DNA of 25,352 nt from an uncultured Desulfovibrionaceae bacterium. Its GTDB lineage: Bacteria > Desulfobacterota > Desulfovibrionia > Desulfovibrionales > Desulfovibrionaceae. Of this stretch, positions 1-9,293 are shown one piece after another; the stretch's first letter is position 1, and every line of letters begins with the position of its first letter. The translations under genes and the position numbers were made by a program. A model generated the notes under the pieces. It saw only the letters and a program-made list of their open reading frames with translations, did not search any database and was not told where the DNA came from. Location of the stretch: assembly GCA_964369985.1 (NCBI GenBank), contig CAYJHN010000002.1, forward strand, positions 9,719 to 35,070, written 5' to 3'.

Positions 1-1
1 T

Positions 2-679
2 ATTAATGCTAACCACCCAGAAGTAAAGCTTATTATTCTTTTAATTGACGAAAGACCAGAAGAAGTAACTGACATGGTGCGCACAGTAAAAAATGCAGAA
101 GTAGTTTCATCTACCTTTGACGAACCGCCTCACAGACACGTTCAAGTAACTGAAATGGTTATGGAAAAAGCAAAAAGAATGGTTGAGCACAAGCAAGATG
201 TTGTTATTTTGCTTGATTCTATTACACGACTTGGCAGAGCCTACAATATTGTTGGACAATCAAGCGGAAAAATTCTTTCAGGCGGCCTTGATGCAAATGC
301 CTTGCAAAGACCAAAACGTTTCTTTGGTGCTGCACGAAATATAGAAGGTGGCGGCTCGCTTACCATTATCGCAACTGCCCTTATTGACACAGGTTCTCGT
401 ATGGACGAAGTTATCTTTGAAGAGTTTAAGGGAACTGGTAATATGGAAATCTACCTTGATAGACATCTTTCAGAAAAAAGAACCTTCCCAGCCTTTGACA
501 TCAATAAATCAGGCACTCGTAAAGAAGATCTTCTACTTGACGAAGAAGTGCTTAACCGTGTGTGGATTTTGAGAAAATTACTCTCCCCTATGTCAGCTAT
601 TGACAGCATGGAATTCTTACTCACAAAGATGAAAGGCACTAAAAATAATAAAGAATTCCTCGCGTCTATGGGTAAATAG
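2..679 (+). CDS. rho: Transcription termination factor Rho, C-terminal part (5' end outside the window)
   Basis: Frame is open from base 2 ([25 protein letters not shown]) into the listed ORF. Rho motifs [38 protein letters not shown] and SGTRKE are present. TAG at 677-679. Confidence 0.98.
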   Translation: MNANHPEVKLIILLIDERPEEVTDMVRTVKNAEVVSSTFDEPPHRHVQVTEMVMEKAKRMVEHKQDVVILLDSITRLGRAYNIVGQSSGKILSGGLDANALQRPKRFFGAARNIEGGGSLTIIATALIDTGSRMDEVIFEEFKGTGNMEIYLDRHLSEKRTFPAFDINKSGTRKEDLLLDEEVLNRVWILRKLLSPMSAIDSMEFLLTKMKGTKNNKEFLASMGK

Positions 680-711
680 ATAGGGGTAAATAGATAGGGG
701 TAAATAGATAG
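670..711 (+). repeat. Tandem repeat, 3 x 14 bp (GGGTAAATAGATAG), overlapping the rho stop codon
   Basis: Three exact copies at 670-683, 684-697 and 698-711. Confidence 0.95.
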
Positions 712-762
712 GCAAGTAAATGCCTAAATAAATAGCTAAATAAAAAAATAAACACTATTATA

Positions 763-824
763 AAAAAGCCTTTGAAACAATGCTCGCTTCTAATTGTAAG
801 CAAAGCAAGTTTCAAAGGCTTTTT
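763..824. terminator. Bidirectional intrinsic terminator / long hairpin between convergent rho and DUF368 genes
   Basis: Perfect 16-bp arms AAAAAGCCTTTGAAAC (763-778) and GTTTCAAAGGCTTTTT (809-824). The 30-nt interior is also partly paired (TGCT/AGCA, GCTT/AAGC). A- and T-tracts at the two ends. Confidence 0.8.
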
Positions 825-848
825 ATTATTTACACTTTATAGAATATT

Positions 849-1706
849 TTATTTTTTTGTATTTGCCACTTTCTGCAATAAAAGAGGCAAGGCTAATCCT
901 AAAACAAGACAAGCAGCCGCAAAAACAAGATCAATATTCATTTCTACACTTGGCAAAGAAAGAAGAATACGCTTCACAGAGCCTAACATAACTCCCGTGA
1001 GTAAGGCTAAAGTGAGGCTATAAAAATGCTTTAATGCAAAGTTTAAAACTCGCACAAAAGCAAGAATACCACACACTGCACCCATTGCAAAAAAAACTAT
1101 TGTTTCAAAATCAAAATTTGCAATAGCTGAGAGAATAAATTCGTATTTGCCCAAAATAACAAGAAGAAAAGAACCAGAAATACCAGGCAAAATCATAGCA
1201 CATATAGCAATAGCACCAGCTAAAAATATATATAAAGGCGTGTTTGGCATTGCAACTTGTGTTTCTAAACCAGAAAGAAAGTAAGCAAAAACAAAGCCAA
1301 GCACAAAAATCACAAAACTTTGCAAATTCTTTTTTGGCAGTTCACTATAAAGCATATACGCAGAAGCCAATATAAGCCCAAGAAAAAAAGTCCAAACAAA
1401 GAGCGGGTAATTTGCAAGTAAGAAAACAATCACCTTTGCAAAAGAAATAATAGCTGTCAAAATTCCTAATAAAAGAGGAAGCAAAAAGGCAAATGGAATT
1501 TTGGCAAAAGCTTGTTTTATTTTAAAGGAAAACAAATATTTAAAAAATTGCATGTCAACAGAAGCAATCGCTTGCAAAAGTTCTTTATAAATACCAGTAA
1601 TAAAAGCAATTGTTCCACCAGACACGCCAGGCACAACATCAGCTGCCCCCATAGCTAAGCCACAAAAATATGTTCTTATCATCTTATTTTTATTATTTAA
1701 AGCCAT
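849..1706 (-). CDS. DUF368 family membrane protein (undecaprenyl-phosphate translocase, PopT-type)
   Basis: Signature repeats GLAMGAADVVPGVSGGTIAFITGIY and AICAMILPGISGSFLLVILGKY; several hydrophobic helices. Confidence 0.9.
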   Translation of the reverse strand: MALNNKNKMIRTYFCGLAMGAADVVPGVSGGTIAFITGIYKELLQAIASVDMQFFKYLFSFKIKQAFAKIPFAFLLPLLLGILTAIISFAKVIVFLLANYPLFVWTFFLGLILASAYMLYSELPKKNLQSFVIFVLGFVFAYFLSGLETQVAMPNTPLYIFLAGAIAICAMILPGISGSFLLVILGKYEFILSAIANFDFETIVFFAMGAVCGILAFVRVLNFALKHFYSLTLALLTGVMLGSVKRILLSLPSVEMNIDLVFAAACLVLGLALPLLLQKVANTKK

Positions 1707-1754
1707 GCAATCCCTTCTTTTTCTATGATTAAATTTTATTTTTTACCTAAATCA

Positions 1755-1783
1755 TTGCAATTTATTCGTGTTTTGTGTATAGT
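1755..1783 (+). promoter_or_regulatory. Candidate sigma70 promoter for the ppk1 operon
   Basis: TTGCAA (1755-1760), 17-nt spacer, TATAGT (1778-1783). The AT-rich background lowers specificity. Confidence 0.45.
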
Positions 1784-1993
1784 CATATATAATCTACAAT
1801 GAGTTTTGTGTAAAAAATATATGCTTAACTTTCTTCTTTGTCTATTTCAAATTAGGCCATATTTTGACTTTATATTGTAACAAATATAAAGTATACTCTA
1901 AAGAAGAACTTCAATGATTTATAAGCATTATTCTTTACCTATTTTTGCCATATCATATACAAGTTTTCACGTTTTTATAACTACGGGGTTTAT

Positions 1994-4204
1994 ATGACAA
2001 AGAATCATAGAAAGAAAAATACTTTAAGCACTATAATTCCACAAGATAAAGCACAAAAAAAACACACAAATGAAATCCAAGTTAAAGAACATCCACATCT
2101 TGTTTTAGATATTTCTAAACCAGAGTTTTACTCTAATAGAGATATAAATTGGCTTGATTTTAACCATAAAATTCTTACAGAAGCACTTGATGTTAAAAAT
2201 CCACTTTTAGAACAGTTAAAATTTCTTGCTATTTTTCAAAACAATCTTGACGAATTTTTCATGGTGCGTGTTGCAAATGTTTTCTTACAATACACTAATA
2301 ATGTGGACAATGTTGGGCCAGATCAAATAAATCCTGGCAAACAGCTTGCAATAATTAGAAAAATTACACTTGAGCACATGCATACTGCCTACACGCATTG
2401 GTCAAAAAATCTCTTGCCAGAATTAAAAGCAAAAAACATAGAAATTAAAAAGTTTACTTCTCTTTCAAAAAGTCAAAAAAAATACATTGAAGATTTTTAT
2501 CAAAACGAAATATACCCAGTACTTACACCACAGGCAATAGATCCAACACATCCTATGCCTATTATTTCAAATTTGAGTATCAACTTTATTTTAAAACTGA
2601 AAGATGAGCATGCAAACACCTATTATGCAAGGTTAAAATGCCCTAACAATCTTCCACGTTATATATTTGTTCCGCATCACAGAAACTATGGCGAAACAGA
2701 TTCTTCACCAAATGTTTCTCCACGTTCTTATGATATTATTTTACTAGAAGAAATTATCAGAGTATTTATCCATAGTCTTTTCACAGGTTACGAAGTTGAA
2801 CAAGTTGGACTTTTTAGAATTACACGTAACACAGATATAAAAATAGAAGAAGATGAAGCACATGACTTGCTCAAAACTGTGCAACACATGGTTGAGCAAA
2901 GACGTTTTGGAAATGTTATTCGACTTGAAGTCAACAATGCTATTCCTATTGAACTCAAAGATTTTCTTATAGAAAAACTGCGTATTAAACCTTTCCAGGT
3001 ATATAAAATAAAAGGTATTCTTGCTTTTTCCGAACTTATAGGCCTTTCTGGCATAGACAAACCAGCCTTAAAGTATACGCCTTATACGCCTTATGTTCCT
3101 AAAATATTTAGAGATGAAAATCTAGAAAATCTTTTTGAAAATATAAAGCAAAAAGACGTTTTCTTACATTTGCCTTATGATAGCTTCTTACCAATACAAG
3201 AATTTATTCATCAAGCAAGTATAGATCCAAACGTTATTGCAATAAAACAAACACTTTACAGAACTGGAAAGAATTCGCCAATCATCAAGTCGCTTATGGA
3301 AGCAAAAAGGTTAGGCAAACAAGTAACCGCTGTAGTTGAGCTAAAAGCCCGTTTTGACGAAGAACAAAATATCACATGGGCAGAAGAACTTGAAAAATCT
3401 GGCGTGCACGTTGTTTATGGTATTCCTGGCATGAAAATACACGCAAAACTCTGTCTTGTTGTGCGAAAAGAAAGCGATCGCGTGCGTCGATATGTTCATA
3501 TAGGAACTGGAAACTACAACCCAGTTACAGCAAAAATCTATACGGACATGGGGCTTATTACCGCAGAAGACGATATTTGTGCAGACGTAAGTGACTTATT
3601 TAATGTTATGACAGGTTATGCAAAAAAAGACACATATAAACAACTACTTGTATCACCTAGTACATTAAGAAAAACATTTTTCCAGCTTGTTGATGAAGAA
3701 ATTGACTTCCAATACAAATATGGAAATGGTGAAATATATATTAAATGTAACCAATTAACCGATGTTGGAATTATAAAAAAACTATACCGTGCTTCACAAG
3801 CTGGAGTAAAAGTTCACCTTCAAGTAAGAGGTGTATGCTGTTTACGTCCGCAAATTAGGGGCGTGAGCGACAATATTACAGTTACAAGTATTGTTGGTCG
3901 TTTTCTTGAGCATCCGCGTGTAATGTCTTTCAATCATAATGGCAATAAAAAGGTCTATATAGGTAGTGCTGACTTTATGACAAGAAATTTAGACAGAAGA
4001 ATAGAAGTTCTTACTCCTGTTTTAAATCCTAAAATTGCCCATGAAGTTTATGTGACTTTGCTAGAATACTTCCGTGAAGACGCACATGCCTATCATCTGC
4101 AAAAAGACGGCACTTATATAAGAAAAAATGGCAAAGATTACGTTGACATACAAAGCATTATGCTTTCAAAAATAGGTACACGTAAGTATAAAAAGAATCT
4201 ATAA
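1994..4204 (+). CDS. ppk1: Polyphosphate kinase 1
   Basis: Motifs NLDEFFMVRVA, AIKQTLYRT, VELKARFDEE, KIHAK (phospho-His), HIGTGNYN, SIVGRFLEH and GSADFMTRNLDRRIEV. Confidence 0.97.
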   Translation: MTKNHRKKNTLSTIIPQDKAQKKHTNEIQVKEHPHLVLDISKPEFYSNRDINWLDFNHKILTEALDVKNPLLEQLKFLAIFQNNLDEFFMVRVANVFLQYTNNVDNVGPDQINPGKQLAIIRKITLEHMHTAYTHWSKNLLPELKAKNIEIKKFTSLSKSQKKYIEDFYQNEIYPVLTPQAIDPTHPMPIISNLSINFILKLKDEHANTYYARLKCPNNLPRYIFVPHHRNYGETDSSPNVSPRSYDIILLEEIIRVFIHSLFTGYEVEQVGLFRITRNTDIKIEEDEAHDLLKTVQHMVEQRRFGNVIRLEVNNAIPIELKDFLIEKLRIKPFQVYKIKGILAFSELIGLSGIDKPALKYTPYTPYVPKIFRDENLENLFENIKQKDVFLHLPYDSFLPIQEFIHQASIDPNVIAIKQTLYRTGKNSPIIKSLMEAKRLGKQVTAVVELKARFDEEQNITWAEELEKSGVHVVYGIPGMKIHAKLCLVVRKESDRVRRYVHIGTGNYNPVTAKIYTDMGLITAEDDICADVSDLFNVMTGYAKKDTYKQLLVSPSTLRKTFFQLVDEEIDFQYKYGNGEIYIKCNQLTDVGIIKKLYRASQAGVKVHLQVRGVCCLRPQIRGVSDNITVTSIVGRFLEHPRVMSFNHNGNKKVYIGSADFMTRNLDRRIEVLTPVLNPKIAHEVYVTLLEYFREDAHAYHLQKDGTYIRKNGKDYVDIQSIMLSKIGTRKYKKNL

Positions 4205-4220
4205 AGAAGTTGAATCTCTT

Positions 4221-5042
4221 ATGCCAAATACAAAAAATCCGCATTTAAAAACTAATATACCTTCTTCTGCTACTGCTTCTGAAAAAAATATTTCTACGCA
4301 AGCAGTAGCAAAAACAGGCAATAAATCATCTAAAAACAATCAAAAAAAACAAAATGAAGAAAAACAAAATCTAAGCCTGCAAAAAACTGTAGTAAGCTTT
4401 CCTCTTCTTACTCGCACTTTTGCACACGCAAAAAGAGTTGAGCTTTTTGCAGATCAGCTTTTCCATTCATTACAAAGCTTGCATAAACTCAAGCTTGATG
4501 ACAATAAGCTGCTTTGCACTGCTGCATATTTACACGATATTGGCTGGATTTATGGCAGGCAAAGTCATAACAAAGTTGCAGGTAAAATCATAAGAAAATT
4601 TGCTAAGGAAAACAAATTTATACCTAAAGAAAAAAATTTTGATCCTGCTCTTCAAGAAAAACTTCAAGAAATTCTAGAAAAAAGCCTTAAAAAACACAGT
4701 AAAAAAGAAATTCTTCTCATTTCTCTCATTGCTCGCTACCATAGAAAGGCAGATCCAAAGCAAAGACATAAGTATTACTGTGACTTATCAGAAAAAGACA
4801 AATACAGAGCCAACATACTTTCAGGTATACTTAAAATTGCAGATGCACTTGACTATACACATACTTCTGCTGTAAAAACGATAGATACAGAGCTTGCTAA
4901 AACTGAAATTATTCTGAATTTGCACTGCGATAGTCAATATATTGCAGAAAAAGAAAGGGTAAACGAAAAGAAGCAGCTCTTGCAAGAAACACTTAAAAAG
5001 GTTCTTACATGTCAAATCAAAAGCAAGAAAGAGAAGAACTAA
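4221..5042 (+). CDS. Stand-alone HD-domain phosphohydrolase similar to the C-terminal domain of Ppx/GppA
   Basis: Motifs HAKRV, AAYLHDIG, H, IARYHRK and LKIADALD. The first ~55 aa are K/N/Q-rich low complexity, so the start is uncertain. Confidence 0.85.
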   Translation: MPNTKNPHLKTNIPSSATASEKNISTQAVAKTGNKSSKNNQKKQNEEKQNLSLQKTVVSFPLLTRTFAHAKRVELFADQLFHSLQSLHKLKLDDNKLLCTAAYLHDIGWIYGRQSHNKVAGKIIRKFAKENKFIPKEKNFDPALQEKLQEILEKSLKKHSKKEILLISLIARYHRKADPKQRHKYYCDLSEKDKYRANILSGILKIADALDYTHTSAVKTIDTELAKTEIILNLHCDSQYIAEKERVNEKKQLLQETLKKVLTCQIKSKKEKN

Positions 5043-6646
5043 CCTCATATCTCGAGGTTTCAACTCATAGCAACTTTGAAAAATTTGTCCCAAAAAGTCA
5101 GAATTCAAATGAAAAAAATATAGCTATTATAGATCTTGGTAGCAACTCTATACGCTTAATGATTGTTTCGCTCATTGCTCACAGTGCGCCTAGTATTATC
5201 AATCAAGTCAAATACATGGTTCGACTTGGCGAAAACTCTTTTCAAGAAAAGAAGTTGCAAGAAGAACCAATGAAAAGAACTTTAGACGTGATAAAAGCCT
5301 TTGCACATAGCTGTACGCAATATAATGTGAGTGAAATTATTCCTGTTGCAACGGCTGCCGTGCGAAATGCTGAAAATGGCAAAGATTTTATACAAAAAGT
5401 CTATGAAGAAACTGGAATTGAGTTTAAAATCATTTCTGGTGTTGAAGAAGCACGCCTTATTTATCTAGGTGTTTCATCTCTTTTACGCTATAATTTTGGC
5501 CTCAGACTATTTATTGATATTGGCGGCGGTAGCACTGAATTAATTGTAGCAAATTCACAAAGACATGTTTTTTTGGACTCGCTCAATATAGGCTGTGTTA
5601 TGCTCACCAACCGTTTTTTACAAGAGCATAAAGACAAAGTAAGCTCCGAACTTTTCAAAGCAATGAAAAATTTTGTTGCCCAAAGTGCTGCACATGCTTT
5701 TCAAAGCATTCAAAATCATAAACTTACTGAAATAATTGCAAGTTCAGGCACAGCTCAAGCTCTGTTTGAAATTTCTAAAAGATATTGTAATGAAAATTTA
5801 GATTCAAATCTAAAAATGCTCACACTTGAGGATTTAAAGCAAGTTTCAAAATACTTGTGCGAACTCACACTCGAAGAAAGAACAAAGCTCTCAGGAATAA
5901 GCAAATCCAGAGCAGAAGTTATTATTGCAGGTGCAGCAATATTGCTTACCCTGCTTGAATCCTCTGGTGTAAAAAAATTATATATAAGCACAAATAACCT
6001 TCAACATGGTGTTTTAATAGACTATTTAAAACAAACAGACGAAAAAGGCTTACAAAATAAAGCCCTTTTACGTGAACAAAGCATACGCTCGCTTGCAAAA
6101 ATATTTAAATACGAAAAAAAGCACGCTGATCATGTTGAAGCTCTTTCACTTATGCTTCACGATTCTGCCGTTGACTGTGGCTTGATTAGCTATAATGAGA
6201 CATGGCGTGAATATATGCATTTTGCCGCAATCTTACACGACATTGGCACAAGCATTTCCTATGCACAGCATAATGTTCATGGGCATTATATAATTACGCA
6301 TTCTGAACCTATTGGTTTTATTGAACAAGAAAAAGATATAATCGGTCTTCTTGTATATTTTCATAGTAAAAAACCCTCGCGAAAAAATCCACTTTTTATG
6401 AATCTTGAGCCACATAAAAGAGATTTGCTCATGCTCTATTCGCTCTTTCTTGCTCTGGCAGAAAGTATGGATAGATTGCACCGTCAACAAATCTATGAAG
6501 CTGCTTTCCACGTTGAAGAAAAAGAACTTATTCTCTACGCTCAACAATTTTCACCTAGTTTGATTGAAGAATTTGCAGTAAGAAATATGCAAAAAGCTAT
6601 TGAAAGAGTATTTCAACGCCCTGTAACTATTTTATTTTCTACATAA
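5009..6646 (+). CDS. ppx: Exopolyphosphatase Ppx/GppA family (ASKHA domain plus HD-like C-terminal domain)
   Basis: Motifs IDLGSNSIRL, VATAAVRNA, ISGVEEARLIYLGV, DIGGGSTEL, RAEVIIAG and LHDIG. The start overlaps the upstream gene by 34 nt. Confidence 0.93.
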   Translation: MSNQKQEREELTSYLEVSTHSNFEKFVPKSQNSNEKNIAIIDLGSNSIRLMIVSLIAHSAPSIINQVKYMVRLGENSFQEKKLQEEPMKRTLDVIKAFAHSCTQYNVSEIIPVATAAVRNAENGKDFIQKVYEETGIEFKIISGVEEARLIYLGVSSLLRYNFGLRLFIDIGGGSTELIVANSQRHVFLDSLNIGCVMLTNRFLQEHKDKVSSELFKAMKNFVAQSAAHAFQSIQNHKLTEIIASSGTAQALFEISKRYCNENLDSNLKMLTLEDLKQVSKYLCELTLEERTKLSGISKSRAEVIIAGAAILLTLLESSGVKKLYISTNNLQHGVLIDYLKQTDEKGLQNKALLREQSIRSLAKIFKYEKKHADHVEALSLMLHDSAVDCGLISYNETWREYMHFAAILHDIGTSISYAQHNVHGHYIITHSEPIGFIEQEKDIIGLLVYFHSKKPSRKNPLFMNLEPHKRDLLMLYSLFLALAESMDRLHRQQIYEAAFHVEEKELILYAQQFSPSLIEEFAVRNMQKAIERVFQRPVTILFST

Positions 6647-6680
6647 TTTCCACACATTTTTAAATCACAAGAAGGCTTAC

Positions 6681-7799
6681 ATGGATTTTGAATTAGAATA
6701 TAATTCCCCAGAGCATTGCTCTGCACTTATCAAAAATATCAATACATTACTAGACTCTTTAGGACGTGAAATCCGCTTTATGGAAGTATGCGGCACCCAC
6801 ACAGCCTCTTTATTTCAAAGCGGTCTTCGTTCCTTACTTCCTCCTTCTTTGCATCATATTTCTGGCCCTGGTTGTCCTGTTTGTGTAACGCATGAAGACG
6901 AAGTTGAAACATTTCTAAAGCTTGCACAAATGGATAATTGCATTATTGCCACTTTTGGCGATTTGATTCGTGTTCCCAATAACGATGGCATGAGTTTAAA
7001 AAATGCAAATTTTGGTAAAAATTCATCTTTTGAAATTGTTTATTCTCCGCAAGACGCTCTTTTAATAGCACAAAAAAATCCTGAACACCAAGTTATCTTT
7101 CTTGGTATAGGCTTTGAAACAACAGCACCTCTCATTGCGGCTACTATATTAACAGCTCAAATGCAACAAATTGAAAACTTTAGTGTTTTTTCAATGCACA
7201 AAAGAGTTGCGCCTGCATTACACGCTTTATTAACAGAAGAAAAAGATATACAAAACGCAAATAAAGATATAGATATTTTTCTTCTACCAGGGCATGTAGC
7301 ATGCGTAACAGGTGTAGATTATTTTGATTTCATAGCAACAAACTATAAAAAACCTGGCATTGTTGCTGGTTTTGAAGCCTCTGATATGGCTTATGCACTT
7401 CAACTAGCCCTTAGTCAACTTGTTGAAAATAAAGCAAAAGTTGAAAATGCCTACACAAGAGTAGTAAAAAACCAAGGCAATACAAAGGCAATGCAAATGC
7501 TTTCAAAAGTTTTTGATATTAAATCAGCGGCGTGGCGTGGTCTTGGAATCATTGAAGAAAGTGGCTTAATGATCAATAAAAATTTTGAAAAATACAATAC
7601 TCTACACCGCTTTGGCATTGAAATGGAAAAATCAACAAAGCCAACTGCTTGCAAATGTGGTTCTGTATTAAAAGGGCACATACAACCTACAGAATGCCCG
7701 CTTTTTGCTAAAGCCTGTACACCACAAAAACCTCTTGGCCCTTGCATGGTTTCAACAGAAGGCTCTTGTGCTTCTTATTATCGTTACATGGGTATATAA
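6681..7799 (+). CDS. hypD: [NiFe]-hydrogenase maturation protein HypD
   Basis: Motifs MEVCGTHT, GPGCPVCVT, GFETT and PGHV, and the C-terminal Cys cluster (CKCG, CPLFAKAC, GPCMVSTEGSC). Confidence 0.97.
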   Translation: MDFELEYNSPEHCSALIKNINTLLDSLGREIRFMEVCGTHTASLFQSGLRSLLPPSLHHISGPGCPVCVTHEDEVETFLKLAQMDNCIIATFGDLIRVPNNDGMSLKNANFGKNSSFEIVYSPQDALLIAQKNPEHQVIFLGIGFETTAPLIAATILTAQMQQIENFSVFSMHKRVAPALHALLTEEKDIQNANKDIDIFLLPGHVACVTGVDYFDFIATNYKKPGIVAGFEASDMAYALQLALSQLVENKAKVENAYTRVVKNQGNTKAMQMLSKVFDIKSAAWRGLGIIEESGLMINKNFEKYNTLHRFGIEMEKSTKPTACKCGSVLKGHIQPTECPLFAKACTPQKPLGPCMVSTEGSCASYYRYMGI

Positions 7800-7822
7800 C
7801 AATTTGTAATTAAAGGATATTT

Positions 7823-8830
7823 ATGAACTCTCTCTCATTAGATGCTGGCTCTGGCGGAAGAGCATCACAACGCCTTATCCAAGATCTTTTTATAAAATAT
7901 TTTGACAATGAAATTTTAAATTCTATGAATGATGCCGCACTCTTAGAAATGAAGTCACCACTTGCTTTTAGCACAGACTCCTTTGTTATTGATCCACTTG
8001 AGTTTAATGGTGGAAATATAGGAAATCTTGCTATTCATGGCACTGTGAACGATATTTCTATGCTTGGAGCAAAACCTAAATATATTTCAGCTGCTTGTAT
8101 ACTTGAAGAAGGCTTAGATTTAGATTTGCTTGAGCGTATTGTTAAATCAATGGCAAAAGCAGCAAAAGAAGCCGATGTTCTTATTGTCACAGGTGACACT
8201 AAGGTTGTTCCAAAGGGTGCGTGTGATAAAATATTCATAAATACTACTGGCATAGGTGAAATTATCGCTACTAACCCACCTGCAGGTAATAAGGCAAAAG
8301 AAGATGATGCTATTCTTATTTCAGGCAATTTAGGCGATCATGCTCTTGCTATTATGGCTGCGCGCGAAAACTTTTCTTTTATGCAAAACATCAAATCAGA
8401 CTGTGCTTCACTCAACCATATCATCGAAGCATTAATAAAAAATATCCCATCAATTCACGTTCTTAGAGATCCAACTCGCGGAGGACTTGCAAGCACATTA
8501 GGTGAAATTGCTTCACAATCAGATAAAGATTGCTTGCTCTATGAAAATACTATACCACTTTCAGAAAGTGTGCGTGCTTCCTCTTCTTTACTTGGTTTAG
8601 ATCCACTTTACCTAGCAAACGAAGGGAAGTTTATATGTATTCTTCCACAAGAAGATGCTGAAAAAGCATTAGAAATAATGCGCCAATTTGAAGAAGCAAA
8701 AAATGCAGTACAAATTGGAAAAATCAAAGAAAAACAATCAGATAAAGCAAAAGTTTATTTACAAACAAGAATTGGTGGCACAAGGCATCTTCCTCTTTTA
8801 GAGGGAGCACAATTGCCTAGAATTTGCTAG
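7823..8830 (+). CDS. hypE: [NiFe]-hydrogenase maturation protein HypE (carbamoyl dehydratase)
   Basis: Motifs GSGG, GTVND, TGDTKVV, RDPTRGG and ANEGK, and the terminal PRIC motif. Confidence 0.97.
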   Translation: MNSLSLDAGSGGRASQRLIQDLFIKYFDNEILNSMNDAALLEMKSPLAFSTDSFVIDPLEFNGGNIGNLAIHGTVNDISMLGAKPKYISAACILEEGLDLDLLERIVKSMAKAAKEADVLIVTGDTKVVPKGACDKIFINTTGIGEIIATNPPAGNKAKEDDAILISGNLGDHALAIMAARENFSFMQNIKSDCASLNHIIEALIKNIPSIHVLRDPTRGGLASTLGEIASQSDKDCLLYENTIPLSESVRASSSLLGLDPLYLANEGKFICILPQEDAEKALEIMRQFEEAKNAVQIGKIKEKQSDKAKVYLQTRIGGTRHLPLLEGAQLPRIC

Positions 8831-8854
8831 CTTATATTTTAAAAAAGCCTAGAC

Positions 8855-8906
8855 TATAAAATAAAAAAGCTTTGTCCTATAAAGACAAAGCTTTTTTTAT
8901 TTTATA
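8855..8906. terminator. Bidirectional intrinsic terminator after hypE
   Basis: TATAAAATAAAAAAGCTTTGTC, 7-nt loop, GACAAAGCTTTTTTTATTTTATA, lying between convergent genes. Confidence 0.85.
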
Positions 8907-8954
8907 AATAAAGTTAGAACTAAAGAATATAAAATTTAAAATTGTTTTTTAATT

Positions 8955-9137
8955 TTAGTGATGTAGATTTTCAGGATTTTTTGAATCTTTCCAAGTTTTA
9001 TACAATACGCAAGCTAAACCAATACCAAGCACAGCTAAAACAAGGTACAAAGCACCAAAGAAAATCATATAATCTGGCATCCAATAAGGCAAGTCCCAAG
9101 GAGCTGGGCTGCGCGGATTTGTTCCAGGTATCATCAT
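8955..9137 (-). CDS. Small single-pass membrane protein (60 aa), function unknown
   Basis: GAGGA Shine-Dalgarno upstream. Pro/Trp-rich N-terminus, a hydrophobic helix (YMIFFGALYLVLAVLGIGLACVLY), then a basic segment. It has its own promoter candidate and a downstream terminator. Confidence 0.75.
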   Translation of the reverse strand: MMIPGTNPRSPAPWDLPYWMPDYMIFFGALYLVLAVLGIGLACVLYKTWKDSKNPENLHH

Positions 9138-9191
9138 AAAACAGTCCTCACTTATAAAGTTTTATCCATCATTTCCACAAATGACATAATT

Positions 9192-9220
9192 AATATAAAC
9201 GTATTCACAAAAAAAAGCAA
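9192..9220 (-). promoter_or_regulatory. Candidate sigma70 promoter of the 60-aa protein, overlapped by a Rex-like site
   Basis: Minus strand reads TTGCTT, 17 nt, TATATT. TTGTGAATACGTTTATAT (9210-9193) covers the spacer and the -10 element. Confidence 0.5.
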
Positions 9221-9293
9221 GCTTTTAAAGTTTTTTATTCTGTCAAAAACAAAAGAAAAAAGCTACTTCTAACAAACTAAAATAAATGAATAT

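Noticed and set aside
670..711. CRISPR array
   Set aside because: The 14-bp units are directly adjacent with no spacers, and there are no cas genes.
772..1023. 83-aa plus-strand ORF
   Set aside because: It begins inside a terminator hairpin and runs antisense to the DUF368 gene, with no recognisable motif.
1707..1993. Pho box upstream of ppk1
   Set aside because: Only isolated half-site-like words (GTCATA, GTAACA) are present, with no convincing 11-bp-period direct repeat.
3074..3100. Short 9-bp repeat in ppk1 (YTP-YTP-YVP)
   Set aside because: There are only two exact copies in an interdomain linker, which is not distinctive.
8942..9139. 65-aa plus-strand ORF
   Set aside because: It is the antisense shadow of the 60-aa minus-strand gene, which has the Shine-Dalgarno, promoter and transmembrane helix.
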